From Phoronis australis (taxonomy: Eukaryota; Animalia; Phoronida): a stretch of 64,000 nt of DNA. The stretch spans positions 62,001-126,000 of the forward strand of contig NMRA01000373.1 of NCBI GenBank assembly GCA_002633005.1, written 5' to 3'. Position 1 is the stretch's first letter, and every line of letters begins with the position of its first letter. Both the position numbers and the translations under genes were made by a program. The notes beneath the pieces were generated by a model, which worked only from the letters and a program-made list of their open reading frames with translations, did not search any database and was not told the origin of the DNA. Positions 1-13,400 of this stretch are shown piece after piece.

Positions 1-1270
1 TAGTCCAAGGCTCGATCTACATGTTGGGGACGAAATGAACTACCCGGGCTGTGTGAAATTTCTGGGTCTAACGGAGACACTGACGCAGTGGTCAGCCAGC
101 TCGCTGTATCAAGACTATAGTCAAAATCCAAATTCGTTTTATCGTGTCCCTGTCAATAATAACGGCATGCTAAAGCCTTCTTAATTTTCGTACTTCAGGA
201 ACATAACAATCACGTGTTTTGTACACATACGCGCACGCCGCAGATCACATCTCGGAAATTGCCGATTTGACGGATGACAATGAATGAACACAATGAAATT
301 AACAACGTCGTTTTACAGCTTGTAAGATTCATAATAAACGTACGTACTTTGAATATTGCAATGCATGTGTTCCAAAATCTAAATAACTTGGGTCCTATAT
401 TTTTGAATTAGTGCGCGCCGAATGAAAGTAATCGTGAGTGTTGCTGTGTTGCAAAATCTCTTATCCTGGGCCGATTTGAAAATTCAAAGTTGTACTCATA
501 TTTGTTTTCGCTCCTCTTTTCAAATATTACAGTAAAAACTACGTAAAACTCTCTCCATAAAAAGAACAGTCTGCTAGCTAGATTGTAATCAGCTGATCAT
601 ATCCGCATGAGCGAAGCCAATTATCCTCGCTCGTGACTCGATGACTAGAGCACCTTGGCGGCATCCCTTTGATCGGGAGCCGAGTGCGACTCAGCCAAGG
701 TGGATAAATACGGTCTAGTTCAATTTTCCATACCCCACCGTTTACCTTAACCACTGGGGTTAGGACCAATCTTATTTAGTGGGAATGTTCATAGCATGGT
801 CCATGATATATCACAGTGTTTTATAGCTGTGAAGTCCTCGCTAATGCCATAATTGCTCTACTCCTCATAACACGACCTTAGATTGGATTTCCTGAAAAAA
901 AGCAGCATGACTTGTTGTACAAATAGGATGAAGTACATGTATAAGGTACCATGGCACGAGCCGAGTTTCTAACGATTTAATGTCAACAGAATGTTGCAGT
1001 CGCACAAGATGTACAGGGACAAAAACTTGTAGCTGAAGACAATAACTCTACTGTATGGACTGAATGTACCAGCCTCTATACTAACATCTGAGTTTTCTTG
1101 GAGAACCTGATGTTTCAACTCTGTCAAATGGTACAGTCACAAAGAAATCAACCAATAATACGAGAGAACACGTAACGTTACACCTACATTTCCAGCTAGC
1201 GGGTGGCGAGGAATACAAATATCCCAAAGAACTCTAACCGTAACAAGATCGACTGGCATGTAGACAGTAC

Positions 1271-1401
1271 CTTCACTGTATGCTCTACATCAGAGAAGGA
1301 TCCAATGCTGTCGATAACACGAACGATGATGAACACATTGTGGTTATTGGATTCTAGTCCAGCTGGCAGTCTTATGGGTTGACTTGACTGAGGTTGAGTA
1401 T
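1271..1401 (-). CDS. Exon: REJ module C-part
   Basis: IRLPAGLESNNHNVFIIVRVIDSIGSFSDVEHTVK; donor GTACTG; phase 1 to 0. Confidence 0.88.
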
Positions 1402-4400
1402 CTAAGCGACAGAAACTGAGAATTATGTGGGGGGGTAATGTTCTTCAAATTCCTAATTTATTTTTGAAAGAGTGCAGAAATAGTCATCTTTCAAATTTCT
1501 GACATACTACAGTCATAAAAGTTTCACACTTTGATCGTAGCAAGATGATAATTTTTTCTCAATAATTTTTACCAGAATTTCACGACAAATAAAATTTCCC
1601 TTGTATGCCATTTTTTGTTCACATTCGAAACAGATTTTCCACTTGATTGCAACAAACACAACAGCAACTCAGAGCCGTTATGTACCCATGTTGTGGAATG
1701 AGTAACCTGGTGGCCTCATGGGGCCTGCGAGGCTACAGCTGTGTCCTTATCAGTTTGACAGTGGCAAACCAACATAGTCCAGCTCTCTTATTGTCTGCTT
1801 CCATGTGATAAGTTCACGGAATCCAGCAATTACGTTGCTAACAGCACGACTGACGCTAACCCAAATACTATTTGCAAACGACTTTCAACAAATGTCATGA
1901 AGCAGATGTGTTTTGTATGAAATACTTCCACCAAAAAAAAACTTTGAATGGAGAAAATCGGTTGACTTTCAAAGAAATTAGTCTTAGTTTTCACCCCTTG
2001 ATTCTTTTGTGTGACTAAGCTCTGACCAGCTTAACCACAGTATTGTGTACCAAAACAAAAGGCGTACTTGACAAGTTTAATCGATCGTGATTCTAGATTA
2101 GATTCTGATAGTGGAAATTTCATGATTTTTACACTGGAGGAGAATGGTACGTAATGGTTGAAATACACCCATGACAGCAATGTAAATGATGCTTTTTAAT
2201 AAAAAAAGACCATTAAATGGCGCAGAATACGTCAAACCCATTCAAAATTGGGAAAGTGTAGTTGTCTCTCTAGTAGAAAACTGTTTGTCAAATTTCATGA
2301 ACATCCACAAACTAAGGAACTCCAAACTGATAGGCAGACGTACAAAACAAATTCCAATTAGAAGGCACTGTGGTAGTCAAATCCGTTCATCTGATGTAGA
2401 GTAAATATGGGTAGACTTGAAAATTGTGATCTTGCAAGGTAGATACATCTGCAGATGTGAAAATAATGTCATTAGGGAGGTCCACAGGTACGTTGGCCCT
2501 ATTTGAAAATCAACGCCAGTCGTGCTCATGTCAGTAGGAACACATCTGTCAATTTTCATAACCAACCACTGAGCAGTTTGGTACATGCAGAAGCAGAAGG
2601 CAAAAAAGCAGACCAAAAAATAATTGATATAGCCAGTATGTGGCGCAGAATACATCAAATTCATCACAGACTGGAAAGAGGATGTCATCTATATAATAGA
2701 AACTTGTTTCCAAATTTCATGAAAAACATAAGATATAATGGCTAAGGTAAAAAATAAAAATGCTACTGGGAGGCATAGCGATAGTCAGAGCCATGCAAAA
2801 AGTCATGGGCAGCCACTGTCACATTTATAGGAAAACAGCAGAAAAAGTTCACAAACACCATAGAAAGAAATCAGGAGCTGCAGCCATAATCGCAAGAATA
2901 CAAAATCACCACAGGGGGATCCATTCAAAAATCAATGTCAGTCATGGTCTTCTCATCAGGAACACAACTGATACTATTGAATATAATGATTCCTTGAGCA
3001 GTTTGGCAGATAAAGAGCCAAACGTTTAAACAAACTATAATTGTAAAAACTGCCACTCAGGTGCAAAATTTACTGAATCTGTCCACAAAGGCATAATTGT
3101 CACAATAGGCATCATAGATACCTAGTATATAATTTGCCAAATTTCAGAAAAATCCATTAATGAACTCCGAAGATACAGAGGCAAAGTTACGTAAAGAAAG
3201 TAAAACTGCTACTAGGGCAAACACCTGTGGTCGGATTGGACTGCGTTATCCATTATCGTCTCCATAGGAACATATCTGCCTTGAAATGCTCGGGCTGTAG
3301 GGGCAATGAACATGGTAATTACGCCTGGTCTGGCAATGGAACTTAACGCCATCAGGTGATGTGTATAGGCGTGAAATCGCATGTTATTGGCCAATCAAAG
3401 GTTTGTGGTTTTCTCCAGGAATATCCACAAACCCGAAAATGAGGAGAGGTTTTTTGGGTTGTTCTATCACACCACAACGTGTTATGAGCGGGAACACATG
3501 CAGTCGGATTGGTCTGAAACTCGTCTTCATACGTTATCATCCCTATAGGAACAACATATCTGTACCTTAATTAAGTACCAGGCAGACCTAGATCAGTGTC
3601 AGGTTTTGCTAGCTTCACATAGACAGCACAGACACCTTGAAACTACACATTATGTATACTGTACACAATTCACGGTTTGAAAAAACAAGGCTGTTGAGAA
3701 AATGTTGGCAAAACCACACAATTGTAAGAAACTATTACTAAAAACATGAAACAACATGAAATACAATCTCTCTAAACAAATTATTAAAACAACTCACTGC
3801 TCTGTATGAAAGCTTTATCAAAATCCTTGTTCAGCTGCTGATAAAATTCAAACATGAATGGCCGATCTTCACCATGGAACCCATCACACTCTATTGCAAA
3901 TGTTGTGTTCAGAGCAATGCCCTTATGAGGACTGATGGTGCACTTGTGATCTTTGGTGATGGGAGGCTCATTAACAATGATTTTACGGAACCCGATGCCT
4001 GGAAATTTTAAACCATAGTTATAAGCTATGTGCTTCTACCAATTGTGAACATACAGTGTTTAAATACAATTAAGCAAAATTCAAGGACAATTACAGTTAT
4101 AGTACTCAAGACGATGAATATTTTGAAGAGAAATAACTCTAAAATATAAGTAAAACTTATTAGTATTCATACATGCTATGCATTGGTCCCACCATGCGAC
4201 CTATATTTTAGACTGCAACTTTCTTCTAAGCATACTGATGCTCTAGTTCACTAACCTTTCGGGACCACCGATCGATTACAGAAATCCAGAGACATATTAA
4301 AAGCATGACTTGCCCGAACTTGAGAATGTAAACTACATAGTACAAATAACATCCTATAAATCAGTGCACTGATATCGTGTAACTAAGAATTATTAGACTA

Positions 4401-7400
4401 AGTCTGACATATACACCATGTGGTGGTCACATCACACTGTTGGAAAAGATTTCTTAATACCAACTGCGTTTCAAACTCAGATCTTTCTATTTACAATATA
4501 GTATATTAAATTACAAGGTTCGACTAAGCCACAACCACTCGCATTATGCGACCTGAAACTGCCGTTGGCTAACTTGCCAAATGCAATTTCACTTTTTTGA
4601 AGAAACAGACTGAGGTAAACGTAAAAAAATAAAGTTGCTACTAGGTGGCACACAAGTAGTCAGATTTGTCTGAAAGTCGTCATCATCCGTTGTCATCATC
4701 ATATAAATGCACTTACTAAATTTAGTAAAGATCCTGCTAACGGTTTAGGAGATATAGCCATAGGCGCAAAAAAAAAACNAAAAAAAAGGTTATCAAAAAA
4801 AAAAAAAAAAGCATACTGATGCTCTAGTTCACTAACCTTTCGGGACCACCGATCGATTACAGAAATCCAGAGACATATTAAAAGCATGACTTGCCCGAAC
4901 TTGAGAATGTAAACTACATAGTGCAAATAACATCCTATAAATCAGTGCACTGATATCGTATAACTAAGAATTATTAGACTAAGTCTGACATATACGCCAT
5001 GTGGTGGTCACATCACACTGTTGGAAAAGATTTCTTAATACCAACTGCGTTTCAAACTCAGATCTTTCTGCTAACAACATAGTATTAAATTACAAGGTTC
5101 GACTAAGCCACAACCACTCGCATTATGCGACCTGAAACTGCCGTTGGCTAACTTGCCAAATGCAATTTCATTTTTTTGAAGAAACAGACTGAGGTAAATG
5201 TAAAAAAATAAAGTTGCTACTAGGTGGCACACAAGTAGTCAGATTTGTCTGAAAGTCGTCATCGTCCGTTGTCATCATCATATAAATGCACTTACTAAAT
5301 TTAGTAAAGATCCTGCTAACGGTTTAGGAGATATAGCCATAGGCGCAAAAAAAAACTGCCACTAAAAGGCGCCACAGTAGTTGAAGTCGTCGAAAAATCA
5401 TCGTCAATCGTCCTCTTCATAGTAAGAACAATACATGCACATTTTCACAATCATGCTTAGAGTGGTTTGGTTGATAGAGGGGAGGTCGCTAGAAAACACA
5501 CCTGAAAACAGTAAAACTGGCCACTAGGTGGTGCTAACTACGTCAAATCCATCCGAAAATGGGAGGATACCGTCGTCTCACTAATAGATGCATAATTATA
5601 TACCACATTTTGTGAGAATATGTTGAGGACCTTTGAGGATACAGAGGTAAACGTAAAAAATTAATATTGCCACTAGGGGGCATACTGGTACTCGGATCCA
5701 TCCGAATGTTCGCTCATGCCGTCTCATCCATGAAAGGAACAAATGTGCAAAATTTCATGAACATACGTCAATCGGTTTTGGAGATAGAGCAGCGGACGCC
5801 GGACAGACGCCGTCTGGACGGACGGACAGAGAGGACAGCATAATAAGTTGATTAAAGTCTTGAGCAGATGATTAAAATGTAGCTTAGGTGCATAGACAAA
5901 GCGATCAATTGTAGCAATGCGTCTGAGGGAACTGTTCTTTGTTCCAACATGACAGATTATAAAAGTTTTGAATACAACAGAATAATACGCATGCTCACTT
6001 TCTAACATAACATAACATAACATAACATAAGAAGTTAATAATGAATAAGTATAACACTACAATAAAAAAAAGCCCAGCTTCTCACTGTAACAGTAGCATA
6101 TCATTGTGACAGTCGCTTTTTGGCAGCCATGACCTACTAGACCTAGTCCCCCCATGCGGCAGGGTTAGCATCGCAATCGGCTGCATTGCAAGAGGCACCT
6201 ATCAGACGCCTACAGTGTTGTATTATCTATGTTCACCACTAGGTGATTCTCCCGGCATTCCTGTTTCTTATCGCCGGAAGTCAAATAAACGATCACTGTT
6301 CTCATCTTCGCCTTGTGTTTACTTGATTATAGTCAAACTACTCACGAAATAACCCAACATACAGTACTAAAAAATTCGATGGCCTCAAATCCAGAATGGT
6401 GAGCTGACATTTTACCTGACTCGCTAATTGTGAGTTGGACGCTGCACTATGTTATCCCACACTGCATTGGATCTGGGCATTGATGCAAGATACTTGCGGC
6501 GAGAAATCTTCCTTGAAATGGAAACAGTTCTAAACCGGACAATTCAAAGGCCAACAACACTTCAGTGGGCCTCCAATGATGGCAGGGCCAGAACATATTT
6601 TGTGAAACAGGAGCATTTCACTACTAGTTAGTATAACTGTGATCTTGTGTGACCTTACATCTTCACAAGTATTTTGTGTCAATGGAACACAACCCTGTGG
6701 CTATCGAACGAATTTATGAGCTCTTCAAACTCAGGAGGTACAAATTCAGCTATCAGGCTAAGTCATACCAATTTCCATACTATGTATACAGCAAAATGAG
6801 TAAGTTTTGTCTTTACCTTTTTCTGGGTTGCTGCCACGGAGCACCGACACACACAGGTAAAACTCCTTTCCATACAACTCCACCTTGTCAAACACAAAAG
6901 GGTCCAAAGCCAGATCACTTCCTGTGATGCCAGTGCCCTCTGCAGACCAAAGCCAGTTGTCCTCAGGCCACCTGAACGCTTCATAATATTGTAAGTTAAA
7001 GTCCTTTGGTTTGCTAATAATGTCCCACCTTTGAAAAACGACAAAAAACGTTTGAACAGCATTATTTTCAAAATAATCAATTCCATATATCTGACAAAGG
7101 CAGGTATATTAGAATTCTCAAATCGAATCAAAGCATTCCTAAGATTTACCAACTAAGTCACTTTATAGACAAATAATTGCTGATGTCACTAAAAGTAAGT
7201 GAATCCTTAGTAGGTACAAATCAAAGAGCAAAGCTAAATTTGCAGTTAACTCGGAACTATTAATCCCATCTTCCGCGTCATATTAAAATTGGCAAGACCA
7301 ACGCAAAGTATTCCCTTACGAAAAATTCCAATAGTATTTTCTATTGGATTCCTATAGGAAATCCAGTAGGATCCAATAGGAATCCAATTGGATTTTAGCC

Positions 7401-10400
7401 CAATATCCTATAGGAATCCTACAGGATTTCTTATAGGATTTCCTATTGGATCCTATAGGATTTCCTATTAGATCTTATAAGATTTCCTATAGGAATTCTA
7501 TAGGAATCCTATAGGATTTCTTATAGGAAATACTATAGGAACCTATGGGACTTCCTATTGGATCCTATAGGATTTCTTACAGGAAACCCTATTGGACTTC
7601 CTATTGGATTCGATAGCATTTCCTATTGGATTGTATAGGCACTCCTATATGGTTTCCTATAGGAATCTTCTAGGGTTTCTATAGGAATCTTATAGGATTT
7701 TCTATTGGATCCCATAGGATTTCCTATTGAATCTTATAGGAAATCCAATAGGATCCTATTAGATTTCCTAAAGCATTCAATAGGAAAGCCTATAGAAATC
7801 CTTTAGGATATCGTATGAGAAACCCTATAGGAATTCGTATAAGACTTGAATATATCCAGTAGGCAGTTCAATGATTCTATAGGAAGTTCAATAGGATTCC
7901 ATGAAGCAATTAACATACATGTATTAAGACTCGCCTGAATATTAAAATTTACAAAAATTAACGACTCAGAAGAGCTGAAATTAGATAAACACAAATCGAT
8001 AGTTTACTATATACTCTTAGGTTAGTTGTTTGTTAAAATGCCTAGAAATCAGATTTGTGATTAAATTCCTACAGTATTTTTTTCAATAGGAATTCCTATA
8101 GGATATCTTGATCCTATAGGAATCCTATAGGAAATCGATATTCCTACAGGAATTCCTATAGGAAATCTTAAGATTCCTATAGGATCAAGATATCCTATAG
8201 GAATTCCTATAGGATCCTATTGAATATTTTCAAATGGGTTGAAATGAACTAAACACTGCACCAAAAATGGTGTGCTTCTAAGGGTGTTTAGTATCCAGCA
8301 ATGGAACTAGGCTTATGTAGCCAAAATAATTGCTAAAAATTAACCACAGCTGACACATCATTTTGACAATGATCACTGACAAACAATATATTAAAAACTA
8401 AAAAATAGCCAACCGGGACACTACTGCAGTAAAATCTATAAGATAGAGAACTGGTTCCAGCAAAGTAGCCAACAAGGAATGCTAGAATAGTAAACTTCGA
8501 AAGAATACAATGGTACTGGTGCATCCCCATCACAAAGTTCTGTGCCGAGTTTCAACAAAATTGGTTCTAATATGTCACTTGGCTAAAAACACACACACAC
8601 ACACACACACGCAATTTCCTGTTCAAAAATCAAAAACTGCCAACAGAGATTGCCCCCATTGTCAAATCTGACCAGAAACAATTCACTCATCCACAATTAT
8701 GTGCCAAAGTTCATCAAGATTCAATAAGTGGTTGTGGAAATAATCATCAAACAAGCATTAACTGTTCCCTGGGGTCACCTCCACCAGGTAAATGGTGTAC
8801 AAATAGGGTTTGGGTACCTCCACTGTTAAATTTGTAATGTGTGTTAAGAATAAATGGTTTATGTTTAATAGAAACAAGATGGTGGATTTAAACCGGCTTG
8901 ATATGTTTTGGCGTTTATTAAAACACCATCCCAATAAGAAAAAATAGTGGTTTAAAAAAACAACAAACATTAAGCAAATTGAGCTAGACGCATGTACAGA
9001 ATACGTGACCACAAAAAATTGATGTAAAAATATGACTTGAACATCATGAAGCATATTTACAGGATAAATCATTTTGTTGCCCATTAGTCTGTGAATAACG
9101 AATTTAAAAGATTGACTGATTGACAAATATATTAAATTACGAATTCCCAACATGGCGAGTCTTTCACCAATCACATGAGAGAAGAAAGTTACCTGTAGGT
9201 ATATTTATCAAATCTGTTGAAGCTTTTGATATGAGACCTGGCCGATAACTTCTGACGCGGGTTCAGCTTCTGACGTTTATTGGCAACAAGCCTGAAGAAA
9301 AATTGGAAAATTGGGGAATAGCACGAACAAGCGACTATACAAAGTACAATGCAAGACAAAAGTAATCAGAGAGTAATTCAGTAAAATTAGCATAAAAATG
9401 ACTGGTACAAACTATTATGGTCAGAAAATTATAAATAGCTTAGCAATATTTACTAAACTTTCTCGTTAATTCCTCTTCAATCTGGATCCTTAGGGAAGGC
9501 TTTTCTGATGATGAATTCGACCTCCACCCAGTCATAAATGACAGGGAATTCTGTGTCGTTTTGTCTGAGATGACTTTTGGCGAGACTACTGCATATGGCA
9601 AAAATTTAATGGGGATATAGCACATGGTCAAGTAGTNAATTTAACTGCTTTATGTCATGGTCAATGCACTTTCAATTTGAAAAGTACTGTACTAATTCCG
9701 ATCCTAGACTACCAAAAAGCTCCCCTAAGGATCAACTACCCAAAAGCTCTCCTAAGGAAAGACTTACCTGAAACCTCCTCTGAGTCTTTTTATGACCATA
9801 TTTAAAAATGTCAAAAGCTTTCAATTTTAATATGCATGATATCCCAAAAAAATGTATACACACTTCAAATAACAACGACTGTTGTTTTTTGACACAGGGA
9901 CAAGACCACGAAGTCCGACTTAAATTCATAGCACTGGACAAAAACTGAATTATCAGTCTTTGGACCAAAATAAATGAATGTTTTGTAAACTTATGAAAAA
10001 GACTATAAAGTGTCTTTGCACTTCCTTAACATAATGCAATAATTTTCCTTTTCCAAAACTAAGGCGTTTGTTTGCAATTCCCGAACACACAGAGCACACG
10101 ACGGCACACATGCCTACATATTTAATGGCAAGGTGTACCATACAGTAGGCTCTGGTGCAGAGACCGGTCAACAGGAACCAATTGAATTCCTATCATGCAC
10201 TTTTGTATGACTACATTGTTGGTACACCCTGTAATAAAACCTTTTTTCAACTGACAACTGCCATCTTACTCTATGCTGACTTCAGGAGGATCGCCATGAG
10301 TGATGTTAAGCTTCTGTGTAAACCATGTCACACGGTCGTCTTTTCGTGCTTCAACAAATATCTCGTAGGCTTCACCCTCAATCATGTTAGAAGAATCCAG

Positions 10401-13400
10401 CCACATTTGTCCCATACTGATATTTCCGAACGGTATCCTGTCATGTTCACCCAAGGGTCCATTCAAAACCAGCAAACCTTGACAGAAGAGTCACAAATTA
10501 GCAAAGTCGGGTTTATTTCGAGTCGAACATTTTTAGACACATTCAGTACAGAGTACATTCATTGTCAAATCACTTACGGGGTCATAAAAAGTTAAATTTG
10601 TGGCTTCTAATTTTACACACTTATGCCAGTAAGGGGGATTGAAATTTGTCAAGTGGTCACTGGCTTTAAAACTACCAGACTATAATTTTTCCATATTACA
10701 AAATGCTCAAAATAGTCAATTTCAGTTTTGCATTCTTTCAAATATGGAAGTAAGTCTTAAAACTGACCTGGAGTGTGTAGACCATTCTTGAGGCATCCTG
10801 GAGGGAACTGTATCGTTCCATTACAAGGACTCTTGGTAAGATTCTCAGACAGTGACCAACGGTCACATACTCGGCGACAATAAAACCAATAGCTGATATC
10901 TGCTCTTCTCAAGTCTTCATCCACGATATCTGGATCATAGCTGGTGGTATAAGCATCGACTGTGAGATTGGTCAAGTATTTCTTTCCAACATAGATGCCC
11001 CCTACCATGTCAACATAAAGTGGACTCTTGGCAATGCGGAAAAGAACCTCTCGTACAGTCCAGATACCAACCTCCTCCAACATCGTCACATTGAGAACAA
11101 ACTTGTAGAGCCCATAATCCAGAGTGTGACTTTTGAACTTCAACTTCCTCAAGTTACCCGACTGCAGCACCATGGATTTGTTTTGCACTAGGAAATCCGA
11201 TATATCGCGCCACCTACCATCAGATGCCTCCTCATAGACAGACCAATGATAGCTTGTAGTTAGCTTCCAGCAACTGAGCTCCACCAAGCTGTAGATGAAA
11301 AAACTGTGCGAGCGAAAGACAACCTGAACACCAGGCAGGTGAGAATCACAGTTGGACTGTTGGCAGGAGTTGGGAGTCTTGACGTCAACTTTGGGGAAAG
11401 AACACGGTCCTCTGGTTATACCAAACGTACAACACGATGATACTGAGGACACCACATTCGAAATATTGATGCGAAATTCAAATCTGCCAATGCTTTCAAA
11501 TTGGTTTTCCAAAAGCAATGTCTTTTTTTTGTATATTTCGCCATCACTGCAGTCAGTTATGTTTCCAATTAAGTTGGAAAGGGTTTTGTTGTAATCTTGG
11601 ATGCACTGCGTGGTGTTACCAAACATCAGAAAACGTCCATTGGTGGCTTTTTCATCATCGAAATCAATGGAGTAACAAGAGCAGGTGCCAACTTGGCTGA
11701 AACTGACCAAAAACGTTTTGAGTGCTCCACGTTCGCTTGTTCCTCCACAGTCAACTACATTCACCACCACTTTGTCTTGAATAGTTATGTGACGAGAGAA
11801 GTTCAGTGCGTGTAGTGGATTAGAACAGTTAAGATGAACTTGATATTCCCCGGGTGCCTGATAGATGTGACTCTGGATGTAAACTTGCGATGGAGTTGTC
11901 CTCACAGAACCATCACCAAAGTCCCACCAACATGACACCTGCGTGCCTGAAGTGCGATTGGAAATCATTTTGATTGGCTCGTGGGATGGGTAGACACTCA
12001 CTTGTGGCCCATATCCAGGATTTTCCTCAAGTTCGTCAATGTAAAATGTTTGTAATCCAGTGATTTCAGTGTAGACGGTGTGCTGACAATGTAGTTGGGT
12101 GGATGACACTCGATTCCACAACCTGACTGAAATATTGAAGGCACCAGGCTGTGTGTAGTTGTGTCTAAGATGGAGACATAAATCAATGTCTGAACCAAAA
12201 GGTATCCCTGAACAATTCAGAACCACAACTTTTTCAGCGGAAGTTCCGTCGTCAAAGTCAACAATTAAAAAAGTGTCTGTTGGTAAGCTGACCGAATTTC
12301 CAACAAGTAAATCAAACTCGAGATCAATGCTCCTTTCGGGATATGGAAGCAGACTTTCTGAATTGCAGCGAAGTTCAAACTTTTCAACGGGATATTCCAC
12401 GATCACCTTCTCTGATTCTGACAGAGCCACGGATGATGAGCCAGCACAGTTACTGGCACTCACATTGACACGATAATGCCCAGGTACTAAATACTGGTGC
12501 TGTATTCTAGAGGAAGTCTCATTCAACTTAAACACAGAAAAGTTGTTGCCATCCAAGAAATTCCACGAGAACCAGATTCTGGTGCCCCATACTACTTCAG
12601 CCACGAGATCTACCTTCTCACTGACATTAATCACATGGGTAATTGGACGAACAGACAAGTTGGTAATCAAGCGATCAACATCCATGACGGCCTCAAATGT
12701 CTTGTTGCTGACAAGGTTTCCAGATTCGACGGTGGTGTTGTATGTTCCAAACTGCGTGTAGCTGTTTGTGAAAACCACAGGAGACGAAGTATTGAACTGC
12801 ACCCTCTGAGAAGAGGAAAAATTATGTCCATCGTTAATGGTAAATGTGACATTAGTTGGAATATGTGTGTCATTGCCACGATACTCTAAGATGAACGATA
12901 CATCACCAGGTTGCTGAAATGGGATTTCGACGCATTTGTCCATCACTAGGGCTATATCTTTAATGATATTCTGTGCAATGACAGTTACCTGTTTAGTGAC
13001 GTTGCTTATGTCATTAGAACAATTCAACGACACATCAAATATACCATCATATGGGAAGGAATGGTTGAAAATGATAGCATCCTGAGCCAACAACAGGTGG
13101 TGTGCTATGACATCAGATGAGTCGCCATAGTAAATATCACATGCAAACCGTGAACCCCAATCCATCTGTATTGTAAATTCCATGTTTTCAAAAGTGGAGA
13201 TGACACTATGGCTTGAGGTGAAGGAAACGTTGATTAGAGCATAGTCGACCCAAAGTTCGCCAAAACACTCGATAGGATTGGACACAAGGTTATCCGCTCT
13301 GACACTAACATTGTGCAATCCAATGACCTTGTACATGTCAGGACTAATCACAGCCGCCCATTCCAGATCGGTAACATGACTGACCTCAATTTCCAGTTCG

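Noticed and set aside
1070-1106. Possible next exon VLQENSDVSIEA
   Set aside because: Phase-compatible, but the acceptor is weak and there is no diagnostic motif.
4230-5355. Tandem duplication as a biological event
   Set aside because: An N and poly-A sit at the junction and the differences are allele-level, so a haplotype or assembly artefact is more likely.
11352-12889. Plus-strand ORFs overlapping the giant exon (and similar ones over gag-pol)
   Set aside because: Antisense shadows of coding sequence with no recognisable motifs.
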